A stretch of DNA of 64,000 nucleotides from Rhynchobatus australiae (lineage: Eukaryota): positions 17,265,374 through 17,329,373 of the forward strand of contig JAUZTB010000069.1 in assembly GCA_034780895.1 (NCBI GenBank). The letters are read 5' to 3'. The notes under the pieces are model-generated. The model saw only the letters and a program-made list of their open reading frames with translations, was not told the origin of the DNA and did no database searches. Position 1 is the first letter of the stretch. Every line of letters starts with the position of its first letter. This document shows positions 38,580 through 50,450 of this stretch, one piece after another. The translations under genes and the position numbers were made by a program.

Positions 38580-39790
38580 GAGTTGTGCAGCATAGAAACA
38601 GAGCTTTGTCCCACTGCATCCATGCTGACCTTCATGCTTCTCTATACTAATTTCATCTGCATGCATTAATTCCATATCTCATTGTGCCTTGTTCATCAGA
38701 TACCTGTCCAAATGCCTCTTAGATATTGTTGCTGTTCCTGCTTTCACCAGGCGGCTCATTCCAGATTACAACTACACTNNNNNNNNNNNNNNNNNNNNNN
38801 NNNNNNNNNNNNNNNNNNNNNNNNNNNNNNNNNNNNNNNNNNNNNNNNNNNNNNNNNNNNNNNNNNNNNNNNNNNNNNNNNNNNNNNNNNNNNNNNNNNN
38901 NNNNNNNNNNNNNNNNNNNNNNNNNNNNNNNNNNNNNNNNNNNNNNNNNNNNNNNNNNNNNNNNNNNNNNNNNNNNNNNNNNNNNNNNNNNNNNNNNNNN
39001 NNNNNNNNNNNNNNNNNNNNNNNNNNNNNNNNNNNNNNNNNNNNNNNNNNNNNNNNNNNNNNNNNNNNNNNNNNNNNNNNNNNNNNNNNNNNNNNNNNNN
39101 NNNNNNNNNNNNNNNNNNNNNNNCTGCAGCATGACCTCCCAACTCTTATACTCAGTGTCTTGGCTGATGAAGGCAAGCGTGCCATGAGGAAGGTGGTGCC
39201 TTCCTCACCACTCTGTCCACCTGCGTTGCCACTTCCAGGGAATATGTACTTGTACACCAAGGTCTTTCTGTTCAACAACACTCATCAGGACCCTGCAATT
39301 CACTGTGTATGTCTTGACCTGGCTCAGCTGCTCAAAATGCATCACTTTGCACTTATCTCAGCTAATTTCCATCTACTATTCCTTTGCCCAGTTGATCAAT
39401 ATTCTGTTGTAATCTTGGACAACCCTCTTCACTATACCATTAATTTTGGTGCCATCTGCAAACTTACTAATTGTGCCATCTACATTCTAATCTAAATCAT
39501 TACTATATACAGTAAGCAATAAAGGACTCAGTACCAATCCCTGTGGTACATCATAGGTCACAAGCCTCTAATCTGAAATACCCTCCACTAGCATCCTCTG
39601 CTTCCTACCCCCAAGCCAATTTTATAACCAGTATACTAGCTTACCCTGGATCCCATGTGTTCTAACCTTCTGGACCAGTCTACCATGAGGGACCTTGTGA
39701 AAGGCCTTGCTAAAGTCCACGTACACATTGTCTACTGCACTGCCTTCTTGGTCATCTCTTCGAAAAGAAAATTCAATCAAAATTGTGAAA
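38580..39790 (-). mobile_element. CR1-type LINE fragment, gap inside
   Basis: gccatctgcaaactt (KFADG), gggaccttgtgaaaggccttgctaaagtcc (DFSKAFHKVP) on the minus strand. Confidence 0.82.
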
Positions 39791-40555
39791 TATATTTTTT
39801 TTAAATTAAATGATGACTGATTTTTGAGTTTAATAAAATTAGAATGTTGGAATCCAAATTACTAATTGCCTTGGAATGCTAATTTCTCAATGTCATCTGA
39901 AGTGAATTATTCAGATTATTAGTGATTTCACGTATGTTAGAATTACTTTAATTTGCGGAGGGTCTGGTGTTTTAATTTAATTCCGAGTCCTTAAAATAGG
40001 TAAAAATGGAGAAATTGTTATTCAGAATTACCTTGAAGCTATATTCAATTTGTAAAAAAGCAGTTTTTATTATAGTTATCGTACAGCATTTCTCTTTTCC
40101 ACTCTTTCTTCGCTGAGAGTGCATGGAGTCTTGCCGGTCACTGGTATTAAGTGCCAACAATTTGACATGTCCCGCCCAGGTCTTACAGGTAGTGAGAAAG
40201 TCTTGATGCTTTGACAAAATAAACATCTGTGTGCAGATTTCAAAAAGAACTATCATCTGTCCTATCCAAGCCTGAACATTGAATATCAGTGAACTATNNN
40301 NNNNNNNNNNNNNNNNNNNNNNNNNNNNNNNNNNNNNNNNNNNNNNNNNNNNNNNNNNNNNNNNNNNNNNNNNNNNNNNNNNNNNNNNNNNNNNNNNCTG
40401 CATTAAACTTGATTCCACATGTGTTGAAACAGTGATACATGAAGGTGCAGCAAAGGTAATGGCCATGAATCAGAGCCTGGTGACATTTCCCTTGCCTTCG
40501 CTTGAGAACTGGCATTTCTGCTGGTACTGACTAGCTAGTGAGTTTCCTGTCCAGT

Positions 40556-40623
40556 GATTCAGTAGGGATTCATAAAGAAGTTCATAAAGGATTCATAAAG
40601 AAATTCAGTGATTCATAAAGAAA
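40556..40623 (+). repeat. Short imperfect tandem repeat of (GA)TTCATAAAG(AA), 4 copies
   Basis: Visible in sequence. Confidence 0.7.
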
Positions 40624-40779
40624 AGAGGGGGGTTTGAAAGGGTGTTCCAGAGCTTATGGCCCAGGTAGCAGAATGCATGACCACCTCTTTGGAGTGATTA
40701 AAATTTGGGATATAGTAAGTACTTGGCTAAAATAATGTGAAATATCGTTTACTATGTATTTCTTTGTTTTTCCTCTTAG

Positions 40780-40856
40780 GTGAGAAGGAAAACAGTCTGA
40801 AGACAGATGATTATGGGCGTGATCTCTCCTCTGTACAAACATTGCTGACTAAACAG
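40780..40856 (+). CDS. SPTAN1: SPTAN1 exon (EKENSLKTDDYGRDLSSVQTLLTKQ)
   Basis: tcttag/gtattt. Confidence 0.96.
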
Positions 40857-41104
40857 GTATTTCCCCCCTCCCAGTGTTGCACTGATTGACAAGTTACAGT
40901 GATTAATTGAACTTCTTGTCTTTCAGGTCCCAGATCACTTTACAAATTATTTTGGGTTAGGGGTGTGGGATGGCAGGAGGAGATAGGAAATATTCAGGTA
41001 AAGCAGAGTTTTCTACAGTTCCGTAGGAAAATTGGTATGGAGGAAGAACTGTTTAAATTTGCCTTTTACTGATTTGGACCAATAGTATCTTGGTCCAAAA
41101 AAAA

Positions 41105-41250
41105 ATTGGAAACACTCAGCAGGTTAGGCAGCACATGTGGAAAGATAGACTTGACATTTCAGGTCAAAGATCCTTCTTCTTTCCACAGATGCTGCCTGAC
41201 CTGCTAAGAGTTTCCTACTTTTTTTTGTTCTATTTCAGATTTCTAGCAGT
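41105..41250. mobile_element. Inverted pair of Penelope-like termini (fold-back element)
   Basis: 38-bp arms 41108-41145 and 41178-41215, 33/38 complementary. Confidence 0.7.
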
Positions 41251-42855
41251 TTTTCAATTTGATTTTTTTTCATGTCCTACTCTTCACAAGTTGGCTTCAC
41301 GTATTTTACCTTTTCCATATTATAAATGTTATCAAGTCATCTCTGATATGTCTCCATAATGACATGAAAACCTATCACGGGGATAACCTTGTTCTTTGTG
41401 AATAACTTTCAAAGAGTGAATGAATTTTTGAAGGGTTAACGAATTTCAGGATGTTGGGAAAAGAGTGAGAAGTAGGATTAGTTGGATAGCTCTGCCCAGG
41501 ATCTGGCCAGGTAACCTGTACTGTGAGATTCTTCTGATTCTCTGTATCATTTCCCTTTATCTCACTGACCTAAGATGGATACAGTGCAGTCTTATGCAAA
41601 TATTGTTTAAATACGGTCAGAATCTGGAATTGGGACTCGGTTTGAGAGTTTTTCCGATTGGCAATGTGCAATTGTACCCTTTAAAGTCTTCAATCAGACC
41701 TCAGTAGTGAAGTTGGGATTGTTTTTAACAAATTACAGCCAGAAGATTACTGTTTTCATGACAAACAAATGTTGTTTTAATGAGAAAATATGGTGTTGAG
41801 ATTGTAATTCAATGTCAATCGACAGGTTTTCTGGTCAAACATTGGATTTTGTTCATGTGATATTTTCAGTGATCACTTGCATTAAAGGTGTTCATGAAAG
41901 TTCTCCATAAAAAGATACAACTCCCCACCCTTCACAGTTACTGAAAAAAAATACCTTCTAATTGTAAAAGTATAATCATCAATTAGTAGCTCCCATACAA
42001 TGGATAAAAAGGTGAAACATCACATAGTAGTGAGNNNNNNNNNNNNNNNNNNNNNNNNNNNNNNNNNNNNNNNNNNNNNNNNNNNNNNNNNNNNNNNNNN
42101 NNNNNNNNNNNNNNNNNNNNNNNNNNNNNNNNNNNNNNNNNNNNNNNNNNNNNNNNNNNNNNNNNNNNNNNNNNNNNNNNNNNNNNNNNNNNNNNNNNNN
42201 NNNNNNNNNNNNNNNNNNNNNNNNNNNNNNNNNNNNNNNNNNNNNNNNNNNNNNNNNNNNNNNNNNNNNNNNNNNNNNNNNNNNNNNNNNNNNNNNNNNN
42301 NNNNNNNNNNNNNNNNNNNNNNNNNNNNNNNNNNNNNNNNNNNNNNNNNNNNNNNNNNNNNNNNNNNNNNNNNNNNNNNNNNNNNTGAGATTTTTGTGCT
42401 CTAATCTTGAGAGTGAGATACATCTACTATCCTTCGTGCTCGGAGAGGCAATACTGCTACCCACAGAGTATGGGTGAAATCATTCTAATTTTCTATGATT
42501 TGGTTGGAATCTCCTATCTGTTCTAAGGAAAAAGGATGTGCTAGAAACTTTCTCTGACTTGCTGCCAGTTGAATAGGCCACTAAGAAATGAACAAGTCTG
42601 ACCAGTGAAAAGTATTGTGTTCTTCCCTTTTTGGTTGTTCTTCCATTTCAGCAACTTGGTGAACTTCAGTCCTTTTTCTCCCCTCCATCCCTTCCCTGCC
42701 ACCCCAACCAAGCACAATCCATATAAGCAAATAAATTTGTTAAGCTAGGTTCTTCCACTGACTTAATTGTTGTTGGTAACCAGTGGATAAACCATTACCT
42801 TCTGCCTTAATTTCAATAGAAAAAGGTGATATAAACTTTTTTTTATCCTTCACAG

Positions 42856-43065
42856 GAAACATTTGATGCTGGGCTGCAGGCTTTTCAACAGGAGGGGATT
42901 GCTAACATTACAGCTCTGAAGGATCAGTTACTGGCAGCCAAGCACATTCAATCCAAAGCTATTGAAGCGCGTCATGCTTCATTAATGAAAAGATGGAATC
43001 AGCTGTTGGCCAATTCAGGTGAAAGAAAGAAGAAACTGCTTGAAGCCCAGGAGCATTTCAGAAAA
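42856..43065 (+). CDS. SPTAN1: SPTAN1 exon (ETFDAGLQAFQQEG...AQEHFRK)
   Basis: tcacag/gtaaat. Confidence 0.96.
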
Positions 43066-43109
43066 GTAAATAACTTTAAAATGAAATTGGTTGTGTATAA
43101 AATTATGGC

Positions 43110-43445
43110 GGGCCTAGGTAGAGCAAATTCTATTTTCCCTTGCTGAAGGATCAGAAGACAAGGGGCATAGCTTTGCAGTAATTGATAGATGGTTGAGAAG
43201 GTCAATGAGGAAACAGTTTTTCACTGGAGGCTGGTGGAGGTCTAGAACTCTGATTGAATGAGTGGTTGAGGCAGAAATTTGCAACATTTAAAAAAAAAAG
43301 TGCCTGGAGGTGTATTTGAAGAGCTTTGACCTGCAGCATTACAGATCAAGTGCTGGAACGGAGAGGGATTGGGTTGGTGTAGCTCTCTTTCCACTGGCAC
43401 AGACTCAGTAAACTGAATATCCTTGTGCCACAAATTTTCCATGAT
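43110..43445 (+). mobile_element. CR1-like 3' end fragment
   Basis: gatcagaagacaaggggcatagcttt...ggcacagactc. Confidence 0.6.
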
Positions 43446-43547
43446 GTTATGTACCTCTTATATATTTTGTATGGTTTGAAATTGGATCAGTCTATATGTC
43501 TAACAATTAAAAGGCTTGTTTACTGACATCGCTGTATACGGGAGCAA

Positions 43548-43652
43548 AAGACAAACTGCTGGAGGAAGTCAGCAGGTCGAGCAGCATCTTTGGGGGGAGT
43601 GGGGGGGAGGAATTGTTGCTGTGTCTGGTCGAGACCCTGCATCAGGACTGAT
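43548..43652 (-). mobile_element. Penelope-like terminal fragment with mutated hammerhead core
   Basis: ctgctggaggaagtcagcaggtcgagcagcatct...gtcgagaccctgcatcaggactg. Confidence 0.65.
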
Positions 43653-43674
43653 GTATACTGTTTCTTTTCCACAG

Positions 43675-43971
43675 CTTGAAGATCTCTTCTTGACCTTTGC
43701 TAAGAAAGCTTCAGCCTTTAATAGTTGGTTTGAGAATGCAGAGGAGGACCTCACAGACCCCGTGCGATGCAACTCTCTGGAGGAGATCAAGGCCCTGCGT
43801 GAGGCTCATGAGGCTTTCCGCTCGTCTTTGAGCTCAGCCCAGACTGACTTTAACCAGCTGGCTGAGCTTGATCGCCAGATAAAGGGTTATCGGATGTTTT
43901 CTAATCCTTACACCTGGTTCACTATGGAAGCTCTGGAGGAGACATGGAGAAACTTGCAAAAAATCATAAAA
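43675..43971 (+). CDS. SPTAN1: SPTAN1 exon (LEDLFLTFAKKASAFNSWF...NLQKIIK), 297 nt
   Basis: ccacag/gtgagc; ORF 43516..44070. Confidence 0.96.
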
Positions 43972-43999
43972 GTGAGCAATTTTTCTTTAAAATGTAGGA

Positions 44000-44260
44000 A
44001 GGAAATAAGAACAAGGAATAGGGCAGGCATAGGCCATTCAGATCTTGGAACCTGCTCTGTTATTCAATAAGAACATGGCAGATCATTTTTTCTGCCCTAT
44101 TCCTCTCTGTCAATTCCCTGAGCAGGATGAATACCCATTTGAGTGAAGAAATTTTCCTGTGTCTCACTCTAAAATGCTCCACCTCTTCTGAGACTAATCC
44201 CTAGTTCTAGATTCCCCAGGTGGGGGAGATATCCTCCCAACGTCTATCCTATTGTGCTTT
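44000..44260 (-). mobile_element. CR1-like 3' end fragment
   Basis: ataagaacaaggaatagggcaggcataggccattc...ccctagttctagattcccc. Confidence 0.65.
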
Positions 44261-44321
44261 AAAACAAAATGTCTTAAAGTAAATTGCTTATCAATCTGGC
44301 AAATTGTGGATCTTTCCAAAG

Positions 44322-44653
44322 TAGCTTTCCCAACGGTGGTGTGGCCCAGGGGCTCCTTGTTATGGGTTGCCAAACTTAAAGTAATATGACTAGTGTGCCT
44401 CATGTAAGCAATAACTTGGGTAAGGGTTTAATGCATCCAGATTGGACAATAATACAAAGCCTGATAGGGAAGTAAGCCACCCAGAGGATGCAAAATGCTC
44501 TTTGGGGATATTGTGGTAGAGGTGAGGCTGTCCGTGGCAACGCTACAGTCAGAAAAGCTGGTGTGCTGAGCATGTTCTTTGCTGTGACTCTTCCAAGTGT
44601 ATTATCTCAATGTTGTTAAAGCTCATTGGTGCACCCCAGGTTGGGAATGGCTG
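44322..44653. mobile_element. Possible hAT-like non-autonomous element
   Basis: Imperfect terminal inverted repeats tagctttcccaac / gttgggaatggctg; no target-site duplication found. Confidence 0.3.
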
Positions 44654-45183
44654 GTACAGGTTACTGTAAACATGAACTTGTGCCATAATGCTATGCTGTC
44701 CCACAAATGTACGTGTAGAACTATCTATGGTTCTTGGGACATTAAAATTCTGCTGAAAAAAATGTTTACTTTCAAGGATGTTTTAATTTCAAGGAATCAG
44801 TTGGATTGTTTCTGAGAGTTGGCACAATGAAATCATTGCTTAGAATCCAATAGACTTCTACACTATTCACCACATCTGCAACTTCAGTTGAATTGAGTCA
44901 AACAGGAACAGCCTAACCTGAATCTTTCCTGGCCTTCTAATCTGTTATTATTCCTTCTAAAGTGCTGTTACTTGTCAAAGCATTTTGCTGGATATATCAG
45001 GTGGTAATATCCATTCTCCCTTTGTTTTGGGTGGGGGGACTGAAGAAACTTTTTTGAAACAGATGTCCTGCCAGGATACTATACTTTGAAGCTGTTTAGT
45101 TTTGTTTTGCGTTAAATGAATGGTAACTCATTTTGTCCTTGCTCTGTTGTAGCACCAAAGCAATTTTATTGTTCGTTCAACAG

Positions 45184-45296
45184 GAACGGGAGATGGAATT
45201 GCAGAAGGAACAGAGGCGCCAAGAAGAGAATGATAAATTACGTCAGGAATTTGCACAACATGCAAACACTTTCCACCAATGGCTGCAGGAAACTAG
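45184..45296 (+). CDS. SPTAN1: SPTAN1 exon (EREMELQKEQRRQEEND...QWLQETR)
   Basis: aacag/gtgagg. Confidence 0.96.
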
Positions 45297-46151
45297 GTGA
45301 GGTGTTCCTTTTGTAACTTCACACTGTTTTGCATTGTACAGTGGGGATTGTTTAATATATAAAACGTGTGACCTACCTGTTAAGGGGTTAATTAGGAGTT
45401 GAATAATTTAAATTTTATTCCTTTTGATGTGATGTCCAGGCAAACCATTATTTTCATATTGGAGCTGGATGTTGTCAATTAGATCTGATTGTGTCACTGC
45501 CTAGTATCAGCACTGATGCATTGGCCACGAGAAGAAACCCTGGCTGAACTTGTCCCACTTTCACTTGATGAACCTAATTGCATCTCTGTACCACTGCGTG
45601 GTTGTCTCTGTTAGTTCATTTAATGTTGGAAATTAAATTGGCTGGCCTTCCAGACATAGATGCATTATCCATGTGACTTAATGAATCTCCTGGTGTAAGT
45701 TGCAATTGTTATTCTGAACTTTTTCTGCTTTTAAACATCCCTGAGGAAATGATTGCTAGATTTTCTTGGTCACGATGAATCATAAGTTTCATGCAGAATG
45801 CCATGCAGTCCTTTGTCCTTGTGGCTCTGCTAGCTCCACATGGAGCTGTCTGCTGCAAACCTTTTCCCCTCCACCTCCGCTTTTTAAGTATCTCTTTAAT
45901 TCTCTTTTGAATGCAGTGGTCAACCCTTTGAAAATTTCTTCCAGTCTCTAAAATATTGACCGCTTATCAAATGCTTTTATTAGGTATATAACTCAGCCAT
46001 TTCTTAAAGTGGTGGGAACTAATGTTTATTGCATTATGATGAATTTGCAATTTAATGCTGATTAATGAATTTTGTTGTTTTCTTCTCTCCTTGCCCCATC
46101 CTGGAATTTCTTCTTCTCTACTGCTGCCTGATGCTTGGATGCTGTCTACAG

Positions 46152-46169
46152 GACATACCTACTGGATGG
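46152..46169 (+). CDS. SPTAN1: SPTAN1 18-nt microexon (TYLLDG)
   Basis: ctacag|GACATACCTACTGGATGG|gttaat, phase 2-2; peptide identical to mammalian. Confidence 0.92.
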
Positions 46170-46519
46170 GTTAATATTGCTTTTTGTTTTGTACTTTGCT
46201 GTGATCTTGTCTGCCTCTTGCTTGTTGCCATCTTTTTATTTTCTTTCTCGTGATTTATGGTGGGAGAAGGTGTTCAAAATTTTAACTAAACGACCAAAGC
46301 CAAAACCTATTGGTGTAAGTGATTTTCATTAAACAAGTAAGAAAATGGATTCTGTAAATGGAGATTGGCTACCAGGTCTTTCCCGCCACTTACAATTATT
46401 GTCAATAAAAGAATTAAAAGGGAAGGGTTATTTTCCCATTGAGACAATGATTTCCAGTTACAGTTAAGAATAAAATGCAACAATTTTTGCAAGAATATTG
46501 ATCCAAAACTGATATACTA

Positions 46520-46640
46520 TGGATTCTGGAAATCTGATATAAAAACCATAAAATACTGCAGCAAGTCTGGGAAGAGAAGCTGTTAATTTTTCAGGTTAAT
46601 CTTTCATCAGCATTGTTTTTACCTGAAATGTTGACTCCTT
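46520..46640 (-). mobile_element. Penelope-like terminal fragment, partly fold-back
   Basis: Minus strand CTGATGA-aagattaacct-GAAA; short inverted copy acctgaaatgttga at 46621. Confidence 0.5.
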
Positions 46641-47089
46641 TTAGTTTATTTGCATTTGTGTCAGTCCATTGATGCCAGTCTTGGCCACCCAGTGGCATAT
46701 TTTGCAAAATATCAGTTGCATCCCAGTTTGCTGAGTCCTGAGTTAAGTTTAAAAATTGTAATCTGATGCCTACTCAAGATGGTGTGTTTGAAGGTGAGGG
46801 TTAGCCTGGATATTCCCACAGTCGTGCTGAGCCCTTTGAAACTTCACATGGCAGGTTCTCAGTGAAATCCCTGTAGTTGCGTAAGAACACAGTTCAGTGT
46901 GTGATGTCAATTTTAAGTGAACAGTCAGCATGGCAATTTTACAGCTGCAGCAGTTTTAAAAATTCTTTGTATACAGAGAAGATGGAACTGATGTAGCTTA
47001 GTGAAGAATTTGTTTCGACCTTTTGGCATAAACAAAAAAAGAACTAATACTGCAGATTCTAAGTAACCAGTCAGTTTATAATTTTGGTG

Positions 47090-47176
47090 CCTGGATACTG
47101 TCTGGCCTGCTGAGTTCCTCCAGCATAATCATGTTTTTCATCTAGATTCCAGCATCTGTAGTCCTTTGTTTCTCTA
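47090..47176 (+). mobile_element. Penelope-like terminal tail without hammerhead core
   Basis: ggcctgctgagttcctccagcat...gattccagcatctgtagtcctttg. Confidence 0.6.
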
Positions 47177-47764
47177 GTTTATAATTTTCAGTGAGTACAT
47201 GAAATGCTTGCATTTTTATAAAGCTTTTAATGTAAGGAAAAGCCTCAATAAACGGGATACTAGACTAGGGGGAGGGGAGAACACTGAAAGCTTGATTCAA
47301 AAGATGTGTTTTGAAAGACAGTTTAAAAGGTGGGAGAGATCAGCCATTAAGGAGAGCTGCAGTATGAGAGGCTTGAGTCCTCAAACTACAGGTTTGGGAT
47401 GTGTAGGTTCCAGCAGCTGGATAGATGAAGTACTGAAGGAATGTGCCAGCAAGGATTTTTAAATCGCTGAATTGGGAGCAGGGCCAGAATGATGAGTGAA
47501 AGATACTCTATATTACACAAGCTTGGGTCACTGCAAGTAAGATGCAAAAATATTTTCCCTAAATACAATCATTAAAGCAGTTGGATGTATAGACTTTCCT
47601 GAACAAATAGACGTTATTTCGAGATTACAATTTTAAATCTGAGACCTTTAATTGTTTTCAACGTGATCATGGAGGAAGTTATATTACGACATGGCCTTCA
47701 GTTCCAAACTCATTTATATATTTGTGTTCTTTCTTTTCCAATCTTGTCTTCTTTTTCCTATTAG

Positions 47765-47827
47765 CATAGCATATCGTCGTGTCATTCATGTCTATCAGTA
47801 TGAAGTTGGGGATGATCTGGCTGGAAG
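47765..47827 (+). CDS. SPTAN1: SPTAN1 63-nt alternative cardiac-type exon (IAYRRVIHVYQYEVGDDLAGR)
   Basis: attag/gttttt, phase 2-2; near-identical to the mammalian 21-aa cardiac insert IAYRRVIRVYQYEVGDDLSGR. Confidence 0.9.
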
Positions 47828-50059
47828 GTTTTTCTTTCTTCCTCATTTTTCTGTGTTGTTTGTAAGCACTTGCCTACTTGCCATCCGAATGGGATTTTCC
47901 TCCAATACTAACATCACTGCTATAAGCTCACAGCTTCCTTAAGAACAGGGCTTCTTGAGTAAATTAAATGGTTGTGTGCCTTTATGATGCCACTGCTATC
48001 TTCGTGAGTAGATCTAACATTGCATGGAGTAACTGGTGATAGTGGATCCCAGTTGCCTTTTGCCGGAGGTATGATTGACCTTGGGGTCCGTGTCATGGAG
48101 ATTCATTGTGAACATCTAAGTTTTTTTGTATGCCTTGCTCCTTGCCTCAAGACACTGAATTCTTCATGGACATGTCACCAAATGGTCAGCACAGTTGTTA
48201 TCGTACTGACGTGTTATTTGATCACTGGGGGCACTGTATTCAAATATTCTTTTTAGGGGAGGTGATGTTGCAATTGCTTCCAGTCCCTCGTTAACCTTGA
48301 GAATGTGGTGTTTTTGACAAAGATACAGATCTAAACTGCAATCAGGAGCATGAGGCCTGGCTGATTTCAGTTTTCAGATCTTACCACCCAGTCTTCCATA
48401 CACCCCCTTACAGGTGTCAAGCCCAATTTATGAACTACTTTCTACCACTCTGTCTGAGATCACATGGTTCAGCCCAAATGAACATGGTACCTTGCTGCTA
48501 CTGTTTTCAGCTGCTCGCAGAATCATTTGGGATATGCTTTAAAATTTTCAGAGCCCAGATGGCATCAGCACAGTCATCTCATCTCTCACATGCCCCATGA
48601 GACCTAATTTGATTCAAGGTTTTTCATCCCTTGACTGTTTACACATTGGTTAGACCTGAGAGCAGATTTTGAAATGGATAATTAAAAAATGGCTCCTTCA
48701 TTCACACAATCAAAACTTGAATCTTTGAGCTCTGACTATTTTATCCAGTTGCTCTAAATGCATGACTACATTGAGTGTCTGCATCTCCATCCACTTCACT
48801 CTTGAATTATCCTCATTGGATACCTTGTGACAACAAGTCAAGCTCACTTTCAACTTGACAGTTCCAAGTGCTGTGATTCTGTTCTTTCATGCTTGGATGA
48901 CCCCTGTGCCTGAAAAGAACGTAAAAGCTAAGAACTTGTTTGTAGCCAGAGATGTTAGTCCTGAATCATGACTGCATAATGAAAGAATCAGGTTTTTGAA
49001 GGAATGCCTATATTATAGCTGGATGTGACAGTGGTAACACCTTGCTCTTTTTTGGATTAATTGGTTCCTCTTAAATTATGATTTTAACTCCCAATGTCCT
49101 TATTTTCCTTGGAGACTGAATTCACCCTGCTTTTAAAAAGCAAAATGCTGCCATCAGTCGTGCAACTCATTTGAAAGAGGGAGTGTTAATTCTCATTACA
49201 TTTTAATAAATCTTCAGTCACCTGGCATGGGAATTCCCATGTTGTTATAATGTAAATTCAGCTAACGCTGATATACTTATTTAAACAGAACTACATGTGA
49301 TCAGAATTTACAATATTAAGGTTTTTGCTTTCACGAAACTCTTTAACCTTCTGTTGGTTTATGTGGGCCTTATCAGGATGTAATATTTCACCTGGATCTT
49401 AATTAAATTTGTTGAGGAAACAACTGGTGAAGCTGGTTTAGAGTTGCAGATGTAAAAGTCTATTTGCATACTAAAGAATTAATTCCTGAATTCACATTTT
49501 TAGATACCCACAATACTTACTGACATGCAATTTTTTTTTAACAATTATAACCACTTTATTTTCTGCCTCAATTATTGCATCTTCTTTGATTTGGGGCAAT
49601 AATTTTCTCCTAGGTTTCTATCCTGTAGGCATGCGCCAGTTATTAGGATTTTTTGATAAAAGTCCTAGTGGTCACTTGCCCTTTGATTACTGATTTATTC
49701 AGTGCATGGCTGAGAAGGTTGGGACCTGTACAAAATGGAGAAGGGCTTCTATCCTAATGGTTTTAACTTTTTAAAAAAATTCTGATTGAGATTCTTTATA
49801 ACTGAATCATTCCACTTATGTTGGTAGAGCTCAGTTAATTCTACCTTTAGTCAGTGAATGGATGTAAAATTAACTCGGACTGTTCCTGTAAATGTTTATT
49901 CTTACATTATTTGGAGAAAAAAGATTGAGTTGCAAACCCCATATTGCTGCAGATTGAAAGTTCTTCTGTACTTCTCACCCACCAACCCATCTAGCTCAAG
50001 ACTTGCTCTTAATCCTTTTCCCCAACAATCTTTGTGCTTGGGTCTTGGGATTCAGCTCT

Positions 50060-50450
50060 ACTGATGCAGTTGTTGGTGTTGCTCCCTCACAGCTGTGGGG
50101 ATACAAGTTTGATCCTTGCCTCAGCTCCTATTGGTCGAGTTTACATGCTCTCTCTGTGACTCTAATAGTTTCCGTTAGATGCTCTGGTTTCCTTCTACTT
50201 CTCAAAGACGTGCTAGGTTAATGGGCTACAGTAAGATATCCCTTCATGTGATTAAATAGCCAAGACATCAAAAGGATTTCCATTTTCTCTGTAGCAGTGC
50301 ACTATGTTCTCTGTCACATACTCTATTGGGCATGTGAGAGAATAAGTTGCATATCTACAGGGGAAAGTTGGAGGTGGGAATGGGTCTGATGGAATTTCTC
50401 TGGGAGTTGGCATGGACCTGGTAAGCTGAATGGCCTCCTTGCATATTGTA
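50060..50450 (+). mobile_element. HE1/V-SINE-like tRNA-derived SINE, degenerate
   Basis: gctccctcacagc...gtttgatcc...gagtttacatgctctc...gtttcc...tgctctggtttcct...aaagacgtgc central domain plus LINE-like tail. Confidence 0.65.

Noticed and set aside
40556-40623. Spaced TTCATAAAG repeats resembling a CRISPR-like array
   Set aside because: Units are about 10 nt with irregular tiny spacers in vertebrate intronic DNA; simple slippage duplication.
40857-42855. Possible U12-type intron (donor GTATTTCC, TCCTTCAC near the acceptor)
   Set aside because: The donor does not match GTATCCTT and the branch-like motif abuts the AG instead of lying about 10-20 nt upstream; best read as an ordinary U2 intron.
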